Below are positions 1 to 9,091 of a stretch of 64,000 nucleotides of DNA, one piece after another. The stretch covers positions 109,069 to 173,068 of the forward strand of contig JAIDXM010000049.1 in NCBI GenBank assembly GCA_029058745.1, read 5' to 3'. The DNA is from Muribaculaceae bacterium (GTDB taxonomy: Bacteria > Bacteroidota > Bacteroidia > Bacteroidales > Muribaculaceae). Position numbers and translations under genes: made by a program. The notes beneath the pieces were generated by a model. That model made no database searches, had not been told where the DNA came from, and saw only the letters and a list, made by a program, of their open reading frames with translations. Positions within the stretch are counted from its first letter, which is position 1, and every line of letters begins with the position of its first letter.

Positions 1-48
1 GGCATGGAAGTGTCATACTCCGGGAAACGCGTGGAAGTGAAATTATGA
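1..48 (+). CDS. 3' end of an upstream gene cut by the window edge (product unknown)
   Basis: Frame 1 is open from nt 1 (GMEVSYSGKRVEVKL) to TGA at 46-48, 31 nt before the GH2 start. Too short to classify. Confidence 0.25.
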   Translation, partial: GMEVSYSGKRVEVKL

Positions 49-79
49 TTGTAAGAGTAAGTCAAAGTGAAATTACGGG

Positions 80-2599
80 ATGAGAATTGGCAATGATATA
101 AGATTGGTCTTCATGGCGATTGCTATGGTTCTGGTTTCGGCTGCGGAAGCCGGGGCCGGGACCGACAGTCGCGCCGTGTCGTTCGACAAAGGGTGGCGCT
201 TCACGCTCTCCGATTCAACGGAGATGCGGAATCCGGCTTACGACGATTCCTCATGGCGGAGCCTTGACCTTCCCCACGATTGGGCCATAGAAGGGAATTT
301 CAGTGAAGACAACCCTTCCGGCACGGGAGGAGGCGCTCTTCCCGGAGGTGTCGGATGGTACCGCAAGACATTCCGTCTTCCCCGGTCGATGGACGGGAAG
401 CAGGTATATGTGGATTTCGACGGGGCGTATATGAACGCCACTGTCTATATAAACGGCCATGAACTCGGCACACGCCCTTATGGTTATGCATCTTTCAGTT
501 ACGATATAACCCCCTGGCTTAATCCGGAAGGGGAGAATGTGCTGGCTGTCAGGGTTGACAACGCCGAACAGCCAAATTCAAGATGGTATAGCGGATGTGG
601 AATCTATCGCCATGTGTGGCTCCGGGCTCTCGACCCTGTGCATGTGGCCCTTTGGGGGGTGTTTGTGCGTCCGGATAGGGTTTCGGACAGCGAGGCTGTG
701 TTCACAGTGACCACTGACGTGGAGAACACCGGACGTAAAGGACGCAAGGTGGCCCTCTCCACAGAGGTGGTGTCGCCGGCCGGACTCGTGGTGGCGTCGG
801 CCATTTCTTTCCTGGATGTCAGGAGGGGAGAGACCGTCACAGCCGCGCAGCATATGTCTTTCCGGAATCCGGAGCTCTGGAGTGTGTCATCTCCCAATCT
901 CTACAAGGTGGTTAGCCGTGTGTCGGCTGATGGCCACACACTCGATGAATATGAGACAGTGACAGGATTCCGCAATCTGGAGTTTGATGCGGAGAAAGGG
1001 TTCTCTCTCAATGGAGAGAGGATGAAAATCAACGGGGTGTGCCTTCATCATGACGCGGGTGCCCTCGGGGCTGTAGTCAACAGGACAGCCATTGCCAGGC
1101 AGTTGCGCATACTAAAGGAAATGGGGGCCAATGCTGTGAGGAGTTCCCATAATCCACCGGCTCCCGACCTGCTCGAGCTCTGCGACTCAATGGGGATGAT
1201 GGTGATGGATGAGACATTCGACATGTGGCGCAAGAAGAAGACTTCACACGATTATGCCCGCTATTTTCCTCAGTGGCATGAGCGGGACCTTCGTGACCTT
1301 GTGGTGCGCGACCGCAACCATCCGTCGGTCATAATCTGGAGCATAGGCAACGAGGTGCTTGAGCAATGGAGCGACGCCCGTGCCGACACTCTCTCCCTCG
1401 AGCAGGCCAATCTGATTCTGAATTTCGGACATGGAAAGGATATGCTCGCCTCTGAGGGGGACTCCCTCTCCGTCAATTCCCTCCTCACTCGCAAACTTGC
1501 CGACATGACGCGGCAGCTTGACCCGACGCGTCCGGTGACAGCCGGATGTAACGAACCGGACCCCGGCAACCATCTGTTCCGTTCGGGCGCTCTCGACATC
1601 ATAGGTTTCAACTATCACGACGACTGGTTTAAGGATGTGCCTGTGAATTTTCCCGGAAAACCGTTCATAGTCACAGAGAGTGTCTCGGCCCTTCAGACGC
1701 GGGGATATTACCGTATGCCGTCCGACAGCATGTACATATGGCCGGAGAGGTGGGATAAACCTTTCCACGACCCGTCGTTTTCCTGTTCCTCCTATGACAA
1801 CTGCCACGTCCCTTGGGGCAACACACATGAGGGCACAATGCGCCATGTGGAGGAGAACGACTTCATAATGGGGCAGTTCGTATGGACCGGATTCGACTAT
1901 CTCGGAGAGCCGACTCCATTCGGATGGCCTGCGCGTAGCTCTTATTTCGGAATCGTGGATCTGGCTGGATTCCCGAAAGACTCATACTATATGTATCAGA
2001 GCCGCTGGCGGCCGGATAAGGATGTGCTCCATCTGTTCCCTCATTGGAACTGGAAAGAGGGTGAGGATGTGGATGTATGGGCATATTTCAACAATGCTGA
2101 CGAGGTTGAGCTCTTTCTCAACGGGAAGAGTCAGGGGACGCGCACACCCGACGGGAAGAGTTATCACGCCATGTGGCGTGTGCCATATTCGCCTGGAGAA
2201 CTCGTGGCGGTGAGCCGAAAGGAGGGACGCGAGGTGATGCGCGATACTGTCAGGACTGCCTCTGAGCCTTATGCAATAAGACTAACGCCCGACCGTTCTG
2301 AAATCAAGGCTGACGGCACTGACCTCAGCTATGTGGCTGTCGAGGTGGTTGACAAGGATGGCAACCTTTGTCCTCTCGCCGACAATGAAGTGACGTTCTC
2401 AGTGGCTGGGGCAGGATTCAATGCCGGAGTGGATAACGGGTCGCCGATATCGCTTGAGCCTTTCAAGTCAGAACGTAGGAAGGCGTTCTACGGGAAGGCA
2501 CTTCTCATAATCCAGAACAACGGTGACAAGGGGGATATTGCTGTGGAGGCGTCGTCTCCCGGACTTGAAACGGCAACAACTACTTTAAGAGCCTTATGA
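80..2599 (+). CDS. Glycoside hydrolase family 2 (beta-galactosidase-like), secreted
   Basis: 839-aa ORF with ATG at 80 and a signal peptide (MAIAMVLVSAAEA). GH2 hallmarks seen by eye: DWAIEGNF and NHPSVIIWSIGNE. The stop overlaps the next start (ATGA at 2596-2599). Confidence 0.9.
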   Translation: MRIGNDIRLVFMAIAMVLVSAAEAGAGTDSRAVSFDKGWRFTLSDSTEMRNPAYDDSSWRSLDLPHDWAIEGNFSEDNPSGTGGGALPGGVGWYRKTFRLPRSMDGKQVYVDFDGAYMNATVYINGHELGTRPYGYASFSYDITPWLNPEGENVLAVRVDNAEQPNSRWYSGCGIYRHVWLRALDPVHVALWGVFVRPDRVSDSEAVFTVTTDVENTGRKGRKVALSTEVVSPAGLVVASAISFLDVRRGETVTAAQHMSFRNPELWSVSSPNLYKVVSRVSADGHTLDEYETVTGFRNLEFDAEKGFSLNGERMKINGVCLHHDAGALGAVVNRTAIARQLRILKEMGANAVRSSHNPPAPDLLELCDSMGMMVMDETFDMWRKKKTSHDYARYFPQWHERDLRDLVVRDRNHPSVIIWSIGNEVLEQWSDARADTLSLEQANLILNFGHGKDMLASEGDSLSVNSLLTRKLADMTRQLDPTRPVTAGCNEPDPGNHLFRSGALDIIGFNYHDDWFKDVPVNFPGKPFIVTESVSALQTRGYYRMPSDSMYIWPERWDKPFHDPSFSCSSYDNCHVPWGNTHEGTMRHVEENDFIMGQFVWTGFDYLGEPTPFGWPARSSYFGIVDLAGFPKDSYYMYQSRWRPDKDVLHLFPHWNWKEGEDVDVWAYFNNADEVELFLNGKSQGTRTPDGKSYHAMWRVPYSPGELVAVSRKEGREVMRDTVRTASEPYAIRLTPDRSEIKADGTDLSYVAVEVVDKDGNLCPLADNEVTFSVAGAGFNAGVDNGSPISLEPFKSERRKAFYGKALLIIQNNGDKGDIAVEASSPGLETATTTLRAL

Positions 2600-4860
2600 A
2601 AAAGAATTTAACGAAACTATTGATGGCTGTTACAATGGCATGCGGCGTGACTGCCGCTCAGGCGCAGAAGCCTGTATATCTTGACCCCGATGCACCGCTT
2701 GAGAAGCGTGTGGAGGATGCGCTGTCGCGCATGACGCTTGAGGAGAAGGTGGCTCTCTGCCACGCGCAGAGCAAATTCTCCACCAAGGGAGTGGAACGTC
2801 TCGGAATCCCCGAACTCTGGATGAGCGACGGGCCTCATGGTGTCCGTGCCGAAATCAACTGGAACGACTGGGGATATGCCGGGTGGACCAACGATTCCAT
2901 CACCGCATTTCCGGCTCTGACGGCGCTCGCCGCCACCTGGAACCCGGAGATGTCGGCCCTCTATGGAAAGAGCATAGGGGAGGAGGCACGCTATCGCGAG
3001 AAGGACGTGCTCCTCGGCCCGGGGGTGAATATCTACCGAACTCCGCTTAACGGGCGTAATTTCGAGTATATGGGAGAAGACCCTTATCTCGCGGGTGAGA
3101 TGGTGGTGCCCTATGTGAAGGAACTCCAGAAAAACGGCGTGGCGGCGTGTGTGAAGCATTTCGCCCTCAACAACCAGGAGAAGTGGAGAGGAACTGTTGA
3201 CGTTGACCTGAGCGACCGTGCGCTATATGAAATCTATCTCCCGGCTTTCAAAAAGGCTGTGCAGGAGGGTGGAGCTTGGTCCATTATGGGCGCCTACAAT
3301 AAAATCTGGGGACAGCATTGCTGCCACAACCAGAGGTTGCTCAACGACATCCTGCGTGGCGAATGGGGATTCGACGGGGCTGTCATCACCGACTGGGGTG
3401 GCGCCCACGACACTAAGGAGGCCGCCTTGAATGGCCTTGACATAGAGATGGGGTCATACACTAACGGACTTACAAGCGAAAGCCAATTCGGATATGACGA
3501 CTATTACCTGGCCAATCCTTATCTTGAGATGATAAAGAACGGGGAGCTGGCGGAGAGCAATGTCGATGACAAGGCGCGAAACATATTGCGACTCATATTC
3601 CGTACGGCTATGGACACTGAGAAGCCGTTCGGGTCGAAGTGTACTCCGGAGCATTATGCCGCCGCCAAAGCCATTGGCGATGAGAGTATAATACTTCTCA
3701 AGAACAGCGGTATCCTTCCTCTCGATGGTGATAAGTATGGTTCTATCCTTGTGGTAGGCGACAATGCCACACGCCGTCTCACCGATGGGGGAGGGTCGTC
3801 GGAGTTGAAACCGAAGGATTACGTGTCGCCTCTTTCCGCATTGCAGGCTCTATATGGCGACAAGGTGAAGTTCGCGCAGGGTTATGCCTGCGGGCGTACC
3901 CTTTACGAGGCGGAAGACGTGATTCCCCAAAGTGTGCAGGACAGTCTCAGGGATGAGGCCGTGGCTATGGCAAGGGATGCCGATGTGGTGATATATATCG
4001 GTGGCCTTAACAAGAACTCATGGCAGGACTGCGAGAGCACCGACCGCCGCGAATATGAGCTTCCTTTCGGCCAGAATGAGCTTATAGAGGAGCTTCTGAA
4101 GGTGAATCCCAACGTTGTGGTGGCCAACATATCCGGCAACGCTTATGCGATGCCATGGGTGAAGAAAGTGCCGGCCATCCTGCATGCGTCTTATCTCGGC
4201 ACCATGGGGGGCGCGAGCATAGCCGATGTCATTTCCGGGAAAGTCAATCCGTCGGGAAAGCTCCCTTATTCGATACCGGTGCGCCTGGAAGACTGTGGGG
4301 CCAACTCTTTCGGGGCTGAGTCATATCCCGGCATAGAGGAAGATGTGGAAGATGTGGTGGCTATCCCTGGTTCGGTGATTGAGGGGGGCAGGAACCCAAA
4401 ACAGGTGTATAAGGAGGATATCCTTGTAGGTTATCGCTGGCATGACACGAAGAAGATTCCGGCCTTGTTCCCGTTTGGTCACGGACTGAGCTATACGGAG
4501 TTTGAATATGGAAAACCTGTTGTGTCCGGCGCGAAGATAAGCGGCGACGGGGAGATTGTCATTGAGGTGCCGGTCACTAACAAAGGGAGCCGTGAGGGCA
4601 GTGAGGTGGTGGAGATGTATATCTCCGACCTCAAGTCATCATTGCCTCGACCCGTGAAGGAACTCAAAGGTTTCGGAAAGGTTAGGCTTATGCCCGGAGA
4701 GACCGGGAACGTGAGGTTTGTAATCACGCCTGAGGCATTGAGCTATTTCGATGACAAGGCTCATCAGTGGGTTGTGGAACCCGGCAAATTCAAGGCATAT
4801 GTCGGTGCCTCGTCAACCGACATCCGCCACACCATCCCCTTCGAATATACCGCCGACTGA
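2596..4860 (+). CDS. Glycoside hydrolase family 3 (beta-glucosidase BglX-like), secreted
   Basis: 754-aa ORF with a signal peptide. GH3 motifs SDGPHGVR, KHFALNNQE and GAVITDWGG. Translationally coupled to the GH2 gene. Confidence 0.9.
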   Translation: MKKNLTKLLMAVTMACGVTAAQAQKPVYLDPDAPLEKRVEDALSRMTLEEKVALCHAQSKFSTKGVERLGIPELWMSDGPHGVRAEINWNDWGYAGWTNDSITAFPALTALAATWNPEMSALYGKSIGEEARYREKDVLLGPGVNIYRTPLNGRNFEYMGEDPYLAGEMVVPYVKELQKNGVAACVKHFALNNQEKWRGTVDVDLSDRALYEIYLPAFKKAVQEGGAWSIMGAYNKIWGQHCCHNQRLLNDILRGEWGFDGAVITDWGGAHDTKEAALNGLDIEMGSYTNGLTSESQFGYDDYYLANPYLEMIKNGELAESNVDDKARNILRLIFRTAMDTEKPFGSKCTPEHYAAAKAIGDESIILLKNSGILPLDGDKYGSILVVGDNATRRLTDGGGSSELKPKDYVSPLSALQALYGDKVKFAQGYACGRTLYEAEDVIPQSVQDSLRDEAVAMARDADVVIYIGGLNKNSWQDCESTDRREYELPFGQNELIEELLKVNPNVVVANISGNAYAMPWVKKVPAILHASYLGTMGGASIADVISGKVNPSGKLPYSIPVRLEDCGANSFGAESYPGIEEDVEDVVAIPGSVIEGGRNPKQVYKEDILVGYRWHDTKKIPALFPFGHGLSYTEFEYGKPVVSGAKISGDGEIVIEVPVTNKGSREGSEVVEMYISDLKSSLPRPVKELKGFGKVRLMPGETGNVRFVITPEALSYFDDKAHQWVVEPGKFKAYVGASSTDIRHTIPFEYTAD

Positions 4861-4934
4861 CTTAGGGGGTCGCAAAACCGATAGACATACAGAGACTATC
4901 GCCTCCGGCAATGTATGATTGCAAGTTATAGTCA

Positions 4935-5128
4935 ACACATAAAATAAATGAGCATTTTATATCTTTGTGAATACCGGAATATCAGTCGGGAACCCACTCC
5001 TACATGCCTTCGGCATGTGTCAAGGTTCCGGCCTGATATTCCGGTATTTGCAGAGCCGAAGCGCAGTCAAACATGCCAAAGGCATGTCCCTACCCTCAGA
5101 AATGCACAAATGCTTTCTGTTCCGACTA
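4935..5128 (+). repeat. Intergenic repeat element, copy 1 (carries a nested hairpin insertion)
   Basis: 5081-5128 aligns with 21538-21585 (7 mismatches in 48 nt by hand count). The 5' flank cacataaaataaatgagcattttat resembles cacaaaataaatgtgcaaattat at 21491. Same orientation in both copies. Confidence 0.6.
4970..5048. repeat. Long hairpin / MITE-like inverted repeat nested in repeat copy 1
   Basis: Perfect 16-nt arms aataccggaatatcag (4970-4985) and ctgatattccggtatt (5033-5048). Inner pairs ggaacc/ggttcc and acatgcc-ttc-ggcatgt (5002-5018). A second hairpin with the same stem, acatgcc-aaa-ggcatgt, sits at 5071-5087. Lies between convergent genes. Confidence 0.7.
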
Positions 5129-5184
5129 TAATCAGACATTGCCGGAGGCATTTACATATATCTAAATGAATTCAGGTTCTCTGA

Positions 5185-6906
5185 TTATTTAATGGAAATT
5201 TTTACTCTCATCTTTTCAGCTTCAGGACTGTCAATTCCGCATATATCAGCTTTTAAGTTGTGTTTGGCGATATACACGGCATTGACTGAGGTTTTTCCCA
5301 TCAGTAAGGCGATTGTTCTGTAGGAAAAACCTATGAATAGATAGGCTGCGAGTTTATACTGCTGCTCGTGAAGACCGGGAAAGGTTTTTCTAAACCTGAG
5401 CATCCATCCGTCGTAATTATGGTCGATGCTCTTCTCTATTTTCCGAGCAGTGTCGTCTGATTGAAATTGGCGGAGTATTTTTACGACTGAAGAATGGAAT
5501 TTCTTTGCATGTTCCTCATTCGCGGGAGCCTTATAGGAAAGTTCACACAATTCGTTGAGCATTTTCAGGTTTTTGCCGAGAAGGTCCCGGAGGTCTTTTT
5601 TTAACGCTTCCGCCTTCATGAAATCGTCGTCCTTCTTTTCCTCGACATGCTCTAAATCATCGTTTTTCTCTATTGGAATATTGCTTGCTGCCGACAAATC
5701 GTCATAAAGAGATTCAATCTGTGAGGCAAACCGTTCATTTTCTGCTTTGAGAAGTTTTAATTTTACACGATATATAATCGCAACGGAAATGAAAGCTATC
5801 GCCAACAGCAGGATGCCTGCGCCCAAGGTTGTCAGCGAGGCACGCAACTCTTTCTGTATTGCTTTTGCCTTACCGTCTTTTTCTTCAAGGAAGTCTGAGA
5901 GCGGAACTGTACCCGGGTTTATGATTTTTGAGTCGGCGTCTTGTGCCATCAGTTCTCCCCATTCCAGGGCTTTTTGGTAGGCTTCGGTAAAGTTGCCGTT
6001 TTGAGCTGTCAGTATTGCGTCGATTTTTAACACGTAAAGGGAGTCAAGTTTTGATATGGCATGCATTCTTGCCGAGTCGAGGGAGGAAGAGGCCGGTTGC
6101 GATTCTTTTTCCAATAGATAGGCTTCCGAGAGCTTACTCCATTGGCGGGAGGTCAAGTTTCTTCCCGAATCTATCAATTCACGGAAAATTGCGATTGCGG
6201 CTTTGGGGTCTTCTCTTATCACAGCCATGTCAGCTTTTGCACTCAACAGCTTTGTCTTGACAACGGGATTGTCAGCTTCGGGGGAGGAGCATAGCCTGTC
6301 ATATAGAGGTTGCGCCTCGGAGATTTGTCCATTCCATATCAGGGCGTTCAGTATGTCGAGTTGAGCCCAGAAGGAATGTATGGGCTTCCCTGCGGCATCA
6401 TAGTTCTCTTTCTCTTTCAATGCCCATTTAAGGCATTTGTCAGTTATAAGCATGTTGCCATAGATATTTGAAATTTCGCGAGCGCTCATCCCGGCATAAA
6501 AGTGGTCGTTGCTTTCTTTCGCCGAGTTATAGGCTTCTGTCAGGGGAATGAGAGCTTTTTCCTGATTTCCATTGTAGCTAAGGCATAATCCATAGTAAAA
6601 CAGCGACTGGGTGCGTAGTGAATCAGTATTGTTTTCGTAGAAATCCGCCATCTTTTCGAGGGTCTGTTCATCGGTATAGGTTTTATAGGCTTTGTCGGCG
6701 GCTTTTGCTGAGAATAGAGTCAACAGATTTCGGTTGGCATCATCGAGAGATGCAGGGTCTATCCTGCTGAGCAGTGAAAGCGCGGAATCTGGATTGGAAT
6801 CAATCAGGCGGTCTGCATCCGTAATGCGGCGGTCAGGGGTTCTCCCGCAGGAGATGGAAAGGAAAAGTAATAAAAATATTGCGTAGATGCAGTATCTGGA
6901 AACCAT
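5185..6906 (-). CDS. Membrane-spanning one-component regulator: lipoprotein signal, TPR-like extracytoplasmic domain, one TM helix, coiled coil, LuxR/GerE-like HTH
   Basis: 573-aa ORF. Lipobox LSISCG at the N-terminus, TM segment LTTLGAGILLLAIAFISVAIIY at about residue 360. C-terminal LHEQQYKLAAYLFIGFSYRTIALLMGKTSVNAVYIAKHNLKADI resembles a GerE-type HTH. Paralog of 53109-54764. Confidence 0.6.
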   Translation of the reverse strand: MVSRYCIYAIFLLLFLSISCGRTPDRRITDADRLIDSNPDSALSLLSRIDPASLDDANRNLLTLFSAKAADKAYKTYTDEQTLEKMADFYENNTDSLRTQSLFYYGLCLSYNGNQEKALIPLTEAYNSAKESNDHFYAGMSAREISNIYGNMLITDKCLKWALKEKENYDAAGKPIHSFWAQLDILNALIWNGQISEAQPLYDRLCSSPEADNPVVKTKLLSAKADMAVIREDPKAAIAIFRELIDSGRNLTSRQWSKLSEAYLLEKESQPASSSLDSARMHAISKLDSLYVLKIDAILTAQNGNFTEAYQKALEWGELMAQDADSKIINPGTVPLSDFLEEKDGKAKAIQKELRASLTTLGAGILLLAIAFISVAIIYRVKLKLLKAENERFASQIESLYDDLSAASNIPIEKNDDLEHVEEKKDDDFMKAEALKKDLRDLLGKNLKMLNELCELSYKAPANEEHAKKFHSSVVKILRQFQSDDTARKIEKSIDHNYDGWMLRFRKTFPGLHEQQYKLAAYLFIGFSYRTIALLMGKTSVNAVYIAKHNLKADICGIDSPEAEKMRVKISIK

Positions 6907-7030
6907 AAATTAAAATATGTCGGTTATGTCTAATAAAGAAATAGTTGCGCATTAATGTAGGGGCATGACTCCGGGCATGATTGATTCCATACGCATCGCC
7001 CATATATTGCATGCGCATTCTAATGCACTG

Positions 7031-7038
7031 CAAATATA
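7031..7038 (-). promoter_or_regulatory. Candidate Bacteroidota -7 box (TATATTTG)
   Basis: caaatata on + equals TAnnTTTG on the - strand, 125 nt upstream of the 6906 start. The long leader keeps confidence low. Confidence 0.3.
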
Positions 7039-7097
7039 GTGGTTTTAAATGAATTGTGAAAATAAGAGATTGGAATGTTTCTCTTTACCAAAACTTT

Positions 7098-9083
7098 TTA
7101 CCAAAACTTTTGTTCCCTTTTCTCGAAATCGTATTCGAAAATACGCTCTGAACGTCCCCTTGTATGGTTCTTCAGATAGTAGAGCGTGCCTTGTGGTGTC
7201 TGGAAGTCAACGGAGTCGGCGGTTGCCCTTTTTCGTCCCGCGCTGTTCCACCTGCAGGAGCCGAACCAGAACAGTTCGTATTCGTCGCCTTCCCTGACAT
7301 AGTTGTCGCGGTTGCGCGGCACGAACATCACCTTCCCCACCGATACGGGGTATCCGAGGTCGAGTGCCGCCCATCCCCCCGATTTCTCCTTATAATCGAA
7401 CGAGGTGAAGATGTCGCCGTCGAAGACCTTGCGGTAATCGTGAGCCGTGTCGCCGTCAACCGCACCGGGAGTGCCGAACACCCTTCCTCGCAGTGGTAGG
7501 CTGTCTGAGGTGTCCGCGTAGAGTCCTATCTCCGCGATGTTGCAGTTGCTCCCTTCCGCGCCATAGTAGCGGTAATACCTGTGGGGGCGCGATTGAGCCG
7601 GGAGCGTCACGTAGTTGACCCTTCTTTTTGCCAATCCGCTGATACGGAAGACGGTGTCTCGCACGCTGAAGGATGGTTCGTCCGAACCCTCAATCACACC
7701 GTCTATGCTGCGGTACACGAGTTCGCCATTCCTCTCGTTGAGCGGGAACTTTGAGTAGGCGGTGAGCATTCCTTCCGTGCCTCCGGGGCCAATCTTGCGT
7801 ATCACCCCTCCCTCTTCCACCACGAACGGCAGACATATGGGGGATAGGACGTTGTCTTCCATACGTGCTGCAACGAGCACCACACCTTGGGAGACATTAT
7901 GGAACACGGGACGGCTACTCCCCGTGTGGAATCCCACAGCCACCCATTCGTTGTTGCCCCACGAAGCCAGATACACCGTGCCACCTCCCTCGATGTCAGG
8001 CAGTTCTATGTCATGACTTCCAGAAGGCTTGTAAACCGCTGTCACGTCGGTCAGCTTCGGGATCCTCAAGAACTTCGGTCGCATAGACGTTTCGGAGGGC
8101 AACTCCGTATCCATACTGTCGTTTATTCCAAATTCCTCGCGGTAAATCTTCGCCGCCACGATGTCGAATTCCGGCGCAGGGACGAACGAGGGATTCTCGG
8201 TGCAGGTCACGTAGGTGCGTCCGTCCTTGCCGATTATGAATGGCCATGAGTGACCTGCACTGTTCTCCCCGCGCACAGGCACCATATCGATGCCTGAAGG
8301 TATTCCGGCCGCACGCATCAGATAAACCACTCCATGGGCGAACTCGCGGCATGTCCCCGCCTTGTCGGTGACGTTTGCGTAACCGAGGGCAGGTCCCGAA
8401 GGGAGTTGCCCGGTCCAACGGAATTCCTTGCGGTTCCAATGTTCCATTATGGCCTGGGCGGCTACCAGCGGGTCATCAACACCGGCTGCAACAAGGCTGT
8501 CGATCACTGGGGAAAACGCGAATAATACTGAATCGCGCCAACATGAAAGCTCTTCATCTCCAATGCGATACGGTAATACGTATCTAAAAAAATTATCCTT
8601 CTTAATATCCGCACACCAAGGGAGATTGTCCCGCATTTTAAAGGCAAGATTTATATCATGTAAAAGATACTGAGTTTTCATATGCCGCAAATCCTCATAT
8701 TTGGTAAGTGCCCTCACACTGAAGCCTTCATCCTTAACGAGAGAATCAATACGTGGGATAGCTTCCTTTCCAGTCTTCGAGAATAAATGATAATATCCTT
8801 GATATGATTTAAGCGCGTGTCCCCCCAAGGTATGGTTGCCTGGCATATTACCTATAAGCCATTCGACAGCTTCACTTTTCTCCTTGTCTCCCTCAAAATA
8901 TAAGATAGCTTCAAGCATCTCCGTGTGGTTGTCTCCGGCAATGCGCAGTGCCTTTTCAAGACTGTCGTTGCCGGAACACGAGACGGTTATTTGAATAAGT
9001 GTCAAAACAAAAGAGACGATTGTAATACCTCTAAAATTCATCGCATTAATTCTATGTAGATCATATATTTTTATGGCGTGCAT
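7098..9083 (-). CDS. Transglutaminase-fold (papain-like Cys-His-Asp) lipoprotein with C-terminal discoidin/galactose-binding-like domain (cassette A)
   Basis: 661-aa ORF; an alternative ATG at 9041 gives the lipobox signal MNFRGITIVSFVLTLIQITVSCSG. TGase core GTCREFAHGVVYLMRAAGIP ... AGHSWPFIIGKDG. The C-terminal about 150 aa (NIAEIGLY ... GGWAALDLG ... YELFWF) looks F5/8-type-C-like. Paralog of 16043-17884. Confidence 0.75.
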   Translation of the reverse strand: MHAIKIYDLHRINAMNFRGITIVSFVLTLIQITVSCSGNDSLEKALRIAGDNHTEMLEAILYFEGDKEKSEAVEWLIGNMPGNHTLGGHALKSYQGYYHLFSKTGKEAIPRIDSLVKDEGFSVRALTKYEDLRHMKTQYLLHDINLAFKMRDNLPWCADIKKDNFFRYVLPYRIGDEELSCWRDSVLFAFSPVIDSLVAAGVDDPLVAAQAIMEHWNRKEFRWTGQLPSGPALGYANVTDKAGTCREFAHGVVYLMRAAGIPSGIDMVPVRGENSAGHSWPFIIGKDGRTYVTCTENPSFVPAPEFDIVAAKIYREEFGINDSMDTELPSETSMRPKFLRIPKLTDVTAVYKPSGSHDIELPDIEGGGTVYLASWGNNEWVAVGFHTGSSRPVFHNVSQGVVLVAARMEDNVLSPICLPFVVEEGGVIRKIGPGGTEGMLTAYSKFPLNERNGELVYRSIDGVIEGSDEPSFSVRDTVFRISGLAKRRVNYVTLPAQSRPHRYYRYYGAEGSNCNIAEIGLYADTSDSLPLRGRVFGTPGAVDGDTAHDYRKVFDGDIFTSFDYKEKSGGWAALDLGYPVSVGKVMFVPRNRDNYVREGDEYELFWFGSCRWNSAGRKRATADSVDFQTPQGTLYYLKNHTRGRSERIFEYDFEKREQKFW

Positions 9084-9091
9084 CGCTCTTG

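Noticed and set aside
4948-5169. 73-aa ORF in the GH3 / regulator intergenic region
   Set aside because: It coincides with the repeat element and its hairpins. The translation is Arg/His-rich with no signal or motif, and the paralogous repeat copy at 21.5 kb does not conserve the frame.
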